IMG/VR virus record: IMGVR_UViG_3300009068_000052
Location: 1 to 53,914 of that record
Length of the DNA: 53,914 nucleotides
Reading direction: 5' to 3' (one strand)
From: a virus
Taxonomy: Duplodnaviria > Caudoviricetes
In this document: in pieces, positions 24,628-33,230 of the stretch
How the letters are laid out: each line of letters starts with the position of its first letter
How positions within the stretch are numbered: position 1 is the stretch's first letter
Position numbers and translations under genes: made by a program
The notes under the pieces: generated by a model
What the model was told of the DNA's origin: nothing
What the model saw: only the letters and a program-made list of their open reading frames with translations
The model's database searches: none

Positions 24628-25875
24628 TTAACAAACGCTTCCGCCGCGTTTCTTGCCGGGGGAGACAGTCACAGACTCCTTGGTCTTGGTGACGCTGCCT
24701 GCTGCATCGCGCTCCTTGTTAGTCACAGAGCCTTTAGAACCAAACGCACCACGCGCTTTGTTGTATAGCTCTTCCACCATGCTCAACGGGTTCAACGCCT
24801 CTTCAAGCTCACGGCTCTCCTTGTCAGTCACAGCCTTGGGGTCTTTGAGAACGTACTTGTCGTTGGGTGAACCACCTTCAGCCAGCTTCAGCTTGTTGGC
24901 CGGGCCGTACTTCAGGTTGCTATCCATCTTGGCTTGGCGCATCGCGGTAGCGTTTTCCATCTTGTTGACTGCCTGCAACTGGCGGTTACCCGGAGCGACT
25001 TTGCCGCCCTTTTTGTAGGTTCCAGCCAGTTGAGTGATTTCAACAGGAGAAGGGATAGGCTTGCGACCTTGCGGCATTGCCACGGCAGAACCAGCGCTGT
25101 TAACACTGCCCCCCGTGGCGAAGTGCTTTTTTGTTGCACCTCCGCGCTTGAAGCCACCAGCATTGCCGTAACTCACGCCACCAGTTTTGGCGGGAGAGTT
25201 GTCGTACTTGCCGGTGTCCACAATGGTCGTGGCAGGTGAACCAGAGATGCTTTCTGAAGGAATCATGCCGCCAGTTGCGTAGCCAGCTTGGCCCTTCACG
25301 ACGCCGCCAGTAGCCATCTTCTTCATGGCTCCGCCACGTTTGAAGCCGCCAGCGTTGCCGTTCTTCACGCCGCCAGTGGTAGCAGGCGAGTTGTCGGGCT
25401 TGGCTTGGTACATCTTGGTGGTTGCGTAGTCACCCGAAGAAGTCTCGCTCTGGATGGAGCCACCAGTGGCAAACTTCTTCATCTTGCCGCCTTTTTTCAA
25501 AGCCAGCTTGGTGCCCTTGCCGCCCTTATGCTCTTGCATGTCGTGCTGCTTGAAGGCTTTCTGAATCATGGCCTTGTCTTGGGCCTTGTCAGACTTACCG
25601 CCCTCTTTCATCATGCGGCTTGCTGCCAAGCCAACAGGAGCGGATGGGCCAGCACCCATCGAGCGCATAGCGCGGCGACGAGCGGCCAAGGAAGGAGCCA
25701 TAGGGGTAGCAGCCTTTGCCATGCCGCCACGGGCAGGCATAGCGCCCATAGGAGCAGGTGGCATAGCGCCCATCATGCCGCCATCGGCCTTCTTGACGCT
25801 GCCGCCTTTTTTGAGCTTCAGTTCGACTGAAGGCTCAGTGGTCATCATTTTGACCATTGGTTTGAATTGACCCAT
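24628..25875 (-). CDS. Lys/Met/Gly-rich protein with ~15 x[AK]xGG motifs
   Basis: Likely start MGQFKPMVK at 25875 (TAAGGAG RBS). Motifs include LKKGG, MKEGG, FATGG, FKRGG, MATGG, YATGG, YKKGG and LAEGG. Confidence 0.8.
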   Translation of the reverse strand: MGQFKPMVKMMTTEPSVELKLKKGGSVKKADGGMMGAMPPAPMGAMPARGGMAKAATPMAPSLAARRRAMRSMGAGPSAPVGLAASRMMKEGGKSDKAQDKAMIQKAFKQHDMQEHKGGKGTKLALKKGGKMKKFATGGSIQSETSSGDYATTKMYQAKPDNSPATTGGVKNGNAGGFKRGGAMKKMATGGVVKGQAGYATGGMIPSESISGSPATTIVDTGKYDNSPAKTGGVSYGNAGGFKRGGATKKHFATGGSVNSAGSAVAMPQGRKPIPSPVEITQLAGTYKKGGKVAPGNRQLQAVNKMENATAMRQAKMDSNLKYGPANKLKLAEGGSPNDKYVLKDPKAVTDKESRELEEALNPLSMVEELYNKARGAFGSKGSVTNKERDAAGSVTKTKESVTVSPGKKRGGSVC

Positions 25876-25885
25876 GATTTGCTCC

Positions 25886-26863
25886 TTATGCTTGTGTGAC
25901 GCCAAACGCGCCGACACGGGTTGCATTCGGGCCTGCCGCGATTGCTGGCAGGGCTATACCCATCACAAGGCGCTTGACACCGTCCGCCGCCGAAGATGGG
26001 AGGTAAGTGCCTCGCACATCGCCAGTAGTGGTGGTTGCTGTGGCGGTAGCGGCAACGGTCATGGTGCCAGCATCTTCAGCCAAGGTGTTGTCCCAGCCAG
26101 CGCGGGTTATGTAACCTCGGTCAATCACTCGCAAAGGCAGACCCAGAATATCAGTTGTGCCGACAGCCACGGTCACTACGCTGGCTCCCGAAGAAACAAC
26201 GCTGGAGATTTGGAAGAAGGCTTTCTTACCGCTGACAGTCGTTGACGCAACCGTTCCTGTTGCAATCACTTCGCTCATGGCCTGACCGTAGTAGTCGTAG
26301 CCCGAGACAGTGATGTTGACACTGGTTGGGCTACCTGCTCCTGTGGTGGTAGAAACAGCACGGGGGCAGTCCAATTGCAGTCCGGTAGCGCCGTTTACGA
26401 GGGTTGCCGACCTAACTCCAGCACCAGCGGCAAGAGTCAAAGTTGTGGCGGTGGTAATCACTGCCGCAACAATGTTGGTTGTCAGCTTGGCCTGTGGCAC
26501 CACATCCCAGATGTACAAACGACCCAAGGGGCCAACGCCCACATCCATTGGGGCAGGGTTTTGCAACAAGGCATTACCAGAACCAACGATGGTGGAGCTT
26601 GCAACAGTCTGCGAAGCACTTACGGTGTAGGTGCCTACGCCGCCAGCGCCAGTACCAAATGCCGTGATGTAGGTTCCATTGGTCAGCGAGGTCGAGCTGT
26701 CAATGTACATACCCAGAACAATTGGGTCGCCCGACAGCATTGCCGTGACGGTCAGTGTGGTGGTGGCTATGGAGCCAGTAAAAGTGGCGGTATTGGGGTA
26801 AGCGTCTGTGCCTTGATAGGCGACAGCCGTTCCCAGAAATAGATCATCTGAAAATTGAGGCAT
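25886..26863 (-). CDS. Minor head/decoration-type structural protein
   Basis: 325 aa directly after the MCP, with AAGGAG RBS. Beta-rich, ending '[21 protein letters not shown]'. Confidence 0.6.
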   Translation of the reverse strand: MPQFSDDLFLGTAVAYQGTDAYPNTATFTGSIATTTLTVTAMLSGDPIVLGMYIDSSTSLTNGTYITAFGTGAGGVGTYTVSASQTVASSTIVGSGNALLQNPAPMDVGVGPLGRLYIWDVVPQAKLTTNIVAAVITTATTLTLAAGAGVRSATLVNGATGLQLDCPRAVSTTTGAGSPTSVNITVSGYDYYGQAMSEVIATGTVASTTVSGKKAFFQISSVVSSGASVVTVAVGTTDILGLPLRVIDRGYITRAGWDNTLAEDAGTMTVAATATATTTTGDVRGTYLPSSAADGVKRLVMGIALPAIAAGPNATRVGAFGVTQA

Positions 26864-26902
26864 GGTCTGCTCCTTGAAAAGTTTGACCGATGTTGATAAT
26901 GG

Positions 26903-26929
26903 TCAGGGGTGGTTAAGGCCCACCCCTGA
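26903..26929 (-). promoter_or_regulatory. Perfect 10-bp hairpin after the major capsid gene (mRNA stabiliser or attenuator)
   Basis: TCAGGGGTGG-gccttaa-CCACCCCTGA with no U-tract. Confidence 0.55.
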
Positions 26930-26942
26930 AAGCCTTGTGACT

Positions 26943-27857
26943 TTACAGTCCGGGCGTGCCGTACATAGCGCGTGGGTCGGTAAATCCGGGGATATAACGC
27001 TCAGTTGCCTTGTAGCGCATTGAGTCAGTCTCGAAGTCGCCTTCCATAGTCTTCTCCAGCTTACGGCGCATCAAGAGCTTCATGCCCTCGGGTGCGTCGG
27101 TTTGGACGAAGAATGCGGTTGCGGAGGTCAGACGCGACAGAACAGCGGCACCCTCGTCCAGCAAGCCGATGGACTTGATGGGGTTGATGTCGTTGTTGGC
27201 GTTGCCAGCACGCAGAACCGATTTCAGCAGAACTTCGGCTTGGAAGACGTTGCCGGGGGCGACCACCAATTGGCGGGGCACCAGACGAATCTTCTTGCCG
27301 TTGTTGTCCACAGCTTGACGAATCTGAATCAGCGTTTGCTCCAAGGAGGTCTGGCTCAGGTTCGCAGCGGTAGCGAGTTGGTTGCTGAAGGTACCGTTCA
27401 CGATAGGGTGAGCGGTGTTAATCAGAGACACGCCATCGCCGCCGGGGTAGCTGGAGTTGAACGCACGATTCAAAATGTTCGCGCACAGGGTCTCTTTGGT
27501 CTCGATGAGAGACTGAGCCAAGTGACGAGCATAGACCTGACCAATGCGGATATGGTCGCCGTCTTCAACCAGAACTTTGGTCAACGCGAAGGCAAGGCCA
27601 TACACGTTGTACACATAGCGCTGAAGGAAGAGTACGCCGCCCTGCTGGTACGAAACAGGAGTTCCGTCTGGCAGTTGAGGCGCAGCGCCAAATCCGTACA
27701 GGACAGGCTCTTCGTGGTAGTTGCGGGGGATACCGTCTTGCTCACGGAAAACCCGTGACCATTCGTCGGTACGTTGGTCGTAGACGCCATCGAAACATTC
27801 GTTCAGGATTGGTTCAACAATCGAACGGAAGTCCGTACTTCTCATTGGAGCAGCCAT
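26943..27857 (-). CDS. Major capsid protein
   Basis: 304 aa with strong AGGAGG RBS and biased codons. Motifs 'EE....GFG.A....G..V.Y', 'GGDGV.L....HP', 'P..L.V.P' and 'EGDF.T...RYKA.ERY..G..DPR..YG.PG'. Confidence 0.88.
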   Translation of the reverse strand: MAAPMRSTDFRSIVEPILNECFDGVYDQRTDEWSRVFREQDGIPRNYHEEPVLYGFGAAPQLPDGTPVSYQQGGVLFLQRYVYNVYGLAFALTKVLVEDGDHIRIGQVYARHLAQSLIETKETLCANILNRAFNSSYPGGDGVSLINTAHPIVNGTFSNQLATAANLSQTSLEQTLIQIRQAVDNNGKKIRLVPRQLVVAPGNVFQAEVLLKSVLRAGNANNDINPIKSIGLLDEGAAVLSRLTSATAFFVQTDAPEGMKLLMRRKLEKTMEGDFETDSMRYKATERYIPGFTDPRAMYGTPGL

Positions 27858-27870
27858 TTTTTAGACCTCC

Positions 27871-28443
27871 TTAAATTGCGTTGATGGTGGCAACATACTG
27901 GCTTCGGCTCACTTGAACCTGTACCACGGTGTATGCATCACCCCAAGCGTTATCGACACCGGGCGACAGGTTGATGATTCGCAAATCACCAACAGCGCTC
28001 GAACCCACCAAGCTCGTAGAGATGGTGCATTGCGACAGACCCGTGGTTGTGGAACCAGCGGTGATGTTGCTGAAGTTGGCTTGGTCTCCAATGGAGGTCT
28101 GGGCCAAAGAACCATCTGCCTGAATGTCGTACACGATGTTTGGGTCAGAGTAGTAGTACGCGATGCACGAACCAGTGACATACGCGGTAGACGCAGGCCA
28201 GTAGTTAGAAACACGCACACGGCCAGTGGTATCAGTCCACTGCACACCAGCAAAAGCACCTTGATAGGCGCTGCCAGCAGTAGCAGCAATCAGAACACCA
28301 GAGGTGTTTAATGCTACAGGTTGGCCTTTCAAAATAGCCGAACTGTAGCCAGAGGCAATACCGTCAGTCAGCGCAACCGCTCTATCCAAACCAGTTGGAT
28401 GGAAGGAGGGACGCAGACCGAACGGAGCATTTGTCGAAGACAT
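27871..28443 (-). CDS. Capsid-associated (decoration/stabilising) protein
   Basis: 190 aa immediately upstream of the MCP, with 'N.PFGLRP', 'I..G.PV' and 'DP...Y.IQ.D' motifs. Confidence 0.65.
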   Translation of the reverse strand: MSSTNAPFGLRPSFHPTGLDRAVALTDGIASGYSSAILKGQPVALNTSGVLIAATAGSAYQGAFAGVQWTDTTGRVRVSNYWPASTAYVTGSCIAYYYSDPNIVYDIQADGSLAQTSIGDQANFSNITAGSTTTGLSQCTISTSLVGSSAVGDLRIINLSPGVDNAWGDAYTVVQVQVSRSQYVATINAI

Positions 28444-28461
28444 AAGTAACTCCTAAGTTAA

Positions 28462-29010
28462 TTACCCGTAAAACACGGGAAGTTTCACATTGTTCCGGTC
28501 AAACTCGCCAAAACCTTCGCCTTCGACGTTGACAAGAGACTTGCCATTGCTATCGCGTCCAGAACCTTGAAGCTGCTCAACTTGGAGTCGAACTTTGTCC
28601 GCCTCGTCCATCGGTAACTCATGGTGCATCTGCAACATAGCTTCCTGATAAATCTCCATAGGGAGCTTATAAAGAACCATTTCATTGCACGCAATAAAAC
28701 CAGTTTGCTCTCCAGCCTTTACGCGGTAATTGTCGAATCCGGGGAACTCATCCGCCATAACGGGAACGTACCCTAGTCGCATCCGCTTATCAATGCTGTC
28801 GTAGCTATTGGTTGTCGATAACCAGCAAAGGTGCCACCCCGGTAATTCCGGGACTTTTGGCAAAGCACTTTGTGTCCACTCATCGCTCCACATCTTCCGA
28901 CGTTCCTGCGCTGACATGAACTTTCCCTCTGGGGCTGCACGGCTGGCGTCCTCACTTGCGCGAGTTTCGCGTCCACCTGCGGACAGAGATTTTTTAAGAC
29001 GAGAATCCAT
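28462..29010 (-). CDS. Conserved head-module protein
   Basis: 182 aa with 'LP..P..PGW...W.......D....RMRLGY.PV', between scaffold and capsid genes. Confidence 0.7.
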   Translation of the reverse strand: MDSRLKKSLSAGGRETRASEDASRAAPEGKFMSAQERRKMWSDEWTQSALPKVPELPGWHLCWLSTTNSYDSIDKRMRLGYVPVMADEFPGFDNYRVKAGEQTGFIACNEMVLYKLPMEIYQEAMLQMHHELPMDEADKVRLQVEQLQGSGRDSNGKSLVNVEGEGFGEFDRNNVKLPVFYG

Positions 29011-29015
29011 AATGT

Positions 29016-29948
29016 TTAGCTCCTTTTGTTTCGTGCTTCTAGGGCGTACCGCTTGATCATTCGGTTACGCTTTTCAAGGTTGTCCCACATGCCCGCATCT
29101 TTCATGGCCCGAACCTGTTCTGGTTCAAGCACAAAGGTGTTGCCACCTCCTCGGATGCTGGACTCGCGGCCCGACCCCGTCACTACACTTCTGGGAGGAC
29201 TCCTTCTGGTTCGTTCGTCTCGTGATAGTGTATACCTATTGGGAAGCCGTTTTTCTAAGCGTTTGTCTAACTCCTGCCAATATTCTTCAGTTTCAGGGTT
29301 AAAACCCTCTTGAACTAGGCGATTGTCAATGACTTTGGCAATCTGGGAGTCCTCGTCGGCTCCATTTGGGTCATACCAGTCATTGCGCTCCATCCAGTTA
29401 TTGGCAAGGCGCTGGAGGCGGGGATTGACCGCGCCACCATCTTTTTGACCCTCGGCAGAACGAGTCTTGAAGTTCTGCATGGCCTCCAACTTCCGTTTGG
29501 TCTCGTACCAAAGCTCTTGAGCCTCTGCGAGAGCGGCACCGTCAGCGTTGTCGGTAGCTTCCCGCAGCTTGGCTGTGGCGTACCGCAGACGGAGTTGCTC
29601 GTCTTCGATAGCCTTGTCAAACCGGGCAAGGTCTGCGCCGTGGGTCTTGCGTTCCACGACGGACAGGCGCTCCATCAGTTCTTGGTTCTGGCGCTGCAAC
29701 AGGGTCAGACGTTGGTCTTTCTCCACGTTGGTGCGCTTGATGTACTCCTTCTTGGCGCGGCGGCGATTGCGTCGAGCTTCCCGCACCGCCTCGGTGTCAT
29801 CGGGGTGGTCAACGTCATCGGCGTCAGCTTGTTTGCCGCCATCAGAGTCATCGTCATGGACTGCCAAATCATCTGGCAGGTCAACGGTGGCAGAACCGTC
29901 CGTCTCCTCAACAACGTCGAGGAGTTCTTCCGTGTTTTTTTCACTCAT
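29016..29948 (-). CDS. Putative capsid scaffolding protein
   Basis: Likely start MSEKNTEELL at 29948. Acidic N-terminus, coiled coil, 'W...N.WY' and 'EYW.ELDKRL..R.P'. Confidence 0.65.
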   Translation of the reverse strand: MSEKNTEELLDVVEETDGSATVDLPDDLAVHDDDSDGGKQADADDVDHPDDTEAVREARRNRRRAKKEYIKRTNVEKDQRLTLLQRQNQELMERLSVVERKTHGADLARFDKAIEDEQLRLRYATAKLREATDNADGAALAEAQELWYETKRKLEAMQNFKTRSAEGQKDGGAVNPRLQRLANNWMERNDWYDPNGADEDSQIAKVIDNRLVQEGFNPETEEYWQELDKRLEKRLPNRYTLSRDERTRRSPPRSVVTGSGRESSIRGGGNTFVLEPEQVRAMKDAGMWDNLEKRNRMIKRYALEARNKRS

Positions 29949-30388
29949 AGGTAAGCCCTCATAGCAAGTGGGTCGCCGGTCAGCTTGGCGATAACTTCGT
30001 GGTCGTTCAAGACCATGAACAAGGCTGGGTCGTCGTGGTCGTGAGAGCCGGGAACGCGAACTTCCCAACGGTCACCACCCCACTTCGGTACGCGGATGTA
30101 CTCACCCACGCTGCACCAAGAGCCTTCAGGCCACCCCTGCATCGTGTCCCGATGCTTGAATGCCAGTGGGCCAATCTCGATGACCTTCGCCACCATGTTC
30201 TGCCACTTTTCGGTTTCTTTAGTTTCTTCAACCAAGATAATTCCCGCGCTAGTCGTCTTTTGCTTCGTGCGGCGGAGTTGCACCAAGATACGTCCGCCAA
30301 GAGGTTTTGCGCCGGGGTCTACGCTCGGAAATGCCCAAGCTATTTCAGCCGCGTTAGCGACTTCCGGTTCGTTCATGTTCATCTTCAT
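29945..30388 (-). CDS. groES: GroES-like co-chaperonin
   Basis: KPLGGRILVQ...KTTSAGIIL...AKVIEIGP...VGE.I...K.GG...LNDHEVIAKL matches the Cpn10 pattern. Confidence 0.85.
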   Translation of the reverse strand: MKMNMNEPEVANAAEIAWAFPSVDPGAKPLGGRILVQLRRTKQKTTSAGIILVEETKETEKWQNMVAKVIEIGPLAFKHRDTMQGWPEGSWCSVGEYIRVPKWGGDRWEVRVPGSHDHDDPALFMVLNDHEVIAKLTGDPLAMRAYL

Positions 30389-30554
30389 CTTTCAAGAGTT
30401 TGTTAAGTATGTCGAGGGCTTCTTGCAAGCCCGCGAAATGACCGACCATCCGGTGGTAAGACTCCCAGTTAGCTGCATTTCCAGCAGCAAGGGACGCGGC
30501 TATTTCAGCCTGCCTAGCCTTGACTCCTCCGATAAGGTCGCCTACGGTTCTCAT
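30354..30554 (-). CDS. Small head-module protein
   Basis: 66 aa, 'L..G.A.NWE.Y..MVG...GL..A'; commonly sits before phage groES. Confidence 0.7.
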   Translation of the reverse strand: MRTVGDLIGGVKARQAEIAASLAAGNAANWESYHRMVGHFAGLQEALDILNKLLKDEDEHERTGSR

Positions 30555-30706
30555 TTTTTCTTAGCTTGCGATAAGCCTCCTTGTGGTTTTGCGGGTTGGT
30601 TTTCGCCCTTGGTTTGCATGGACTGGCCCGTAATAGGCACGCCCATTGCCATGCGCTTGTGCTGGGGCACATTCACGCTCTTTTGCTCTGCATCACTGGT
30701 AGCCAT
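30551..30706 (-). CDS. Small basic hypothetical protein
   Basis: Likely start MATSDAEQKSVNVPQHKRMAMG at 30706 with AAGGAG RBS. Confidence 0.6.
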   Translation of the reverse strand: MATSDAEQKSVNVPQHKRMAMGVPITGQSMQTKGENQPAKPQGGLSQAKKK

Positions 30707-33230
30707 AAGGTACTCCTTGGGTTGGTTTAGGTACAGACTTGCTTTGCTCAAAGTTGAGCTTGGCCGCATCCCGTGTTAAGCGGGCTGTTTCGATGCGTTC
30801 TTTGGTCTCTTGGTCGCCCTTGGCGATGGCAAGGCGCAGTTGCAGTTCTTCCATGTCGATTTGCTGCTGCTGCTGTAGTTTGTCCATGTCCATCTTGATG
30901 CGGGCCTGAAGCTCCTGACCCTTGAGGCCCATCTCGGCTTGGTCGCGCTGGGTGCGGCGTTGGGTCTCGGCCATGCTGGTGTCGAGCAGGACTTTGGTCT
31001 CTGCCGACATCTGTGGCTGCGGCTGGAACTGCTGCAACTGCTGCTGCATCTGCTGGATGGCGGGCATGACCTTTTGCAAAGCCTCGTCGCTGTCCATGCG
31101 AACGTGCTGGGACACGGCAGAGAACAGCTTGTCGAGCTTGGCTGGGTTCTTGACCATGTCGTAGTCTTGGGTCTTGTTGTCCATCGACATATCCACATAG
31201 CCGTTCATGCGGTTCAAGTACCACAAGACCAAGTGCTGTTTGATGTGTTCCATCGCACGCGGCAGGTAGGTCTGCGCAATTGCGGGGTTGCCGCCCAGCA
31301 CTGGGTTGTTGGCAAAGTCCAGAATGACTTGAATGTGGGAAAGGTGGTCTTGTTCGATGTAGGCGTAGGCCGCTTGACCCAAAGCCATTGCCACGTTCTC
31401 GTTGGCAGCGTCCAGCTTGGTGGGAGAAGGTACATCGACCATGAGTTCGTTGACACCGGGCACCTTTATCTGCTTCAAAAAGCGCTCCAGCACGACTTTT
31501 TGGTTGAACTGGGCGGGATACTTCTCCATCAGCGACATCACGGCCTGCGTTTGGGCCATGCGCTGAGTTTCAGAGAAGATGTGCGGGTCGGAGACGGGTA
31601 TCACGTCCGTGATGCGGGCAAAATCCTCTTTGGTGATGTCCAAGTCTTCCACAACCTCGCCACGGCGCATGTCATCCAAGTACCAGCGGTTGATTCGACT
31701 TAAAACACGCAGCACACGGCCCTGAGACTCGTGCAAACGGGCGTGGATGGCCGAGAAAACAACTGCGCCCTGCTCAATCAACGCCTGAGTGGTGCCAACA
31801 GGGGTGTTTGAGTTGAGGTCAGCAATTTTTTCCTCTGCCGTAGTCACCACACCCTTGGCGGCGTTGGTCAGAAAGCCCAAAAGCTCAAACAGAACGGGCG
31901 ATGGCGGGTTAAATGGCATGGGCATAGCCAGCTTGCGGACATCGTCCACCCCCGGCGCACCCTCAATCTCCACCACTTGGGTGACTTCGACCTCTTGGGA
32001 CTGCCCAGAAATCTTGCCGCCCTTGAGCTTCAGGAGCGTCGCAGCGTTGTTGATGTGGGCAGAGTCCAGCAAGGCCCGCAAAGCGCCTGTGAGGGCCGCA
32101 GAAAGCCCGCCAATTAGCTGTGGCAGGCCAACAGCGAGTGCGCCACGCCACGGAATGAACTTGAACTCGACAATCCAGTCGAGCTTGGTCATTGTTTCGT
32201 CGCCTTCTTCCCAGTTCCGGTACAGGCCGATGACCTCGCTGGACAGGTCGTCAATCATCAGAATGTACGGAGCGGCCTCACCCTTGGAAATACCGTCCTC
32301 TTCCAGTTCCAACGTGGTGTAGATGTGATAGACGGTGCGCATCCCGTCTTCGTTGTCGTTCTCGGACTTGCCCTCAATCTTGTTGGTGGCCTTTTGCGAG
32401 AGCGAAATCTCCGGGTTCATGGTTGCCCGGATGTAGCTGGTGTCGCGGTACAGGCCAGAAGCCACGCGGCTCTTGTACTTTGCTTCCGAGATGATGTCCA
32501 CCTCGGTCACGCGCTCGGCGTTGTAGAAGTTGCTGGCCGAGTACGGCAGGATGACGTTGTCTACAGGTAGAAATTCAGCACATGGTCGCTTCTTCTTCTC
32601 GTCGTACCAGAGCTTCATGTACTGACTGCCGCCCAGTGGTAGCTGAGTCAGCATCTGCTCCTGCTCGTCGCGGAACTCTTCAATCTGCTCGGTCAATTGC
32701 CAGTTCATAAAGTCGCGCTTGCGCTCGGCAATCTCAACCTTGTCGTCGTCCACATCACCCAAAATCTTGGTGCGGGTTGGGCCGTCAGGCGGGAACATCT
32801 CTTTGATGGCGCGGGATGCGAAGTCGATACAGGCTTCGGCCATGACAGGATGCACCACCTTGCTTGCGCCGTTGAAGTTGGCTCCGCCGGGGGCGTCCTT
32901 GCCCATGCCGGTGCGCTTGATGCCCTCTTCGTACTGCTTGTCGCGCTCCTTGCGGGCTTCCTTGTCCTTCTCGACCAGTTCGATGTATTTCAGCGGGAGC
33001 TTGTCGAGGTCATATGGGTCGAACGAGTCGGCCAAGTTCTGGTAGAAATCCTCGTCCTCCATTGGGCCTTTGTCGCCAGTGTGGACAATGACCGAGCCGT
33101 CTGGCAACTCTTCGATGGTCGAGTCATCCAACTCAGGCATCTCTACCTCTACGCCTTCACTTTCCGCGTCAGGCGGCTCACCGCCGATGAAGCGCTGGAA
33201 CTCTGGGTCAATTGGGAACTGTGTTGCCAT
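30693..33230 (-). CDS. Portal protein
   Basis: 845 aa with 'F.GAS.V.HP..AEA...F..RA..E.FP..GP', 'LPL.GS...K...D' and 'PVGTT.AL.EQG..V.SAIH.RLH', ending in a Gln-rich coiled-coil barrel (P22-like). Confidence 0.88.
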   Translation of the reverse strand: MATQFPIDPEFQRFIGGEPPDAESEGVEVEMPELDDSTIEELPDGSVIVHTGDKGPMEDEDFYQNLADSFDPYDLDKLPLKYIELVEKDKEARKERDKQYEEGIKRTGMGKDAPGGANFNGASKVVHPVMAEACIDFASRAIKEMFPPDGPTRTKILGDVDDDKVEIAERKRDFMNWQLTEQIEEFRDEQEQMLTQLPLGGSQYMKLWYDEKKKRPCAEFLPVDNVILPYSASNFYNAERVTEVDIISEAKYKSRVASGLYRDTSYIRATMNPEISLSQKATNKIEGKSENDNEDGMRTVYHIYTTLELEEDGISKGEAAPYILMIDDLSSEVIGLYRNWEEGDETMTKLDWIVEFKFIPWRGALAVGLPQLIGGLSAALTGALRALLDSAHINNAATLLKLKGGKISGQSQEVEVTQVVEIEGAPGVDDVRKLAMPMPFNPPSPVLFELLGFLTNAAKGVVTTAEEKIADLNSNTPVGTTQALIEQGAVVFSAIHARLHESQGRVLRVLSRINRWYLDDMRRGEVVEDLDITKEDFARITDVIPVSDPHIFSETQRMAQTQAVMSLMEKYPAQFNQKVVLERFLKQIKVPGVNELMVDVPSPTKLDAANENVAMALGQAAYAYIEQDHLSHIQVILDFANNPVLGGNPAIAQTYLPRAMEHIKQHLVLWYLNRMNGYVDMSMDNKTQDYDMVKNPAKLDKLFSAVSQHVRMDSDEALQKVMPAIQQMQQQLQQFQPQPQMSAETKVLLDTSMAETQRRTQRDQAEMGLKGQELQARIKMDMDKLQQQQQIDMEELQLRLAIAKGDQETKERIETARLTRDAAKLNFEQSKSVPKPTQGVPYGYQ

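Noticed and set aside
29949-30068. N-terminal extensions given by the ORF track (also 25876-25926, 43156-43224, 43760-43954, 44520-44609, 52378-52518)
   Set aside because: They overlap upstream genes or promoters; downstream ATGs with RBS or ATGA coupling are better starts.
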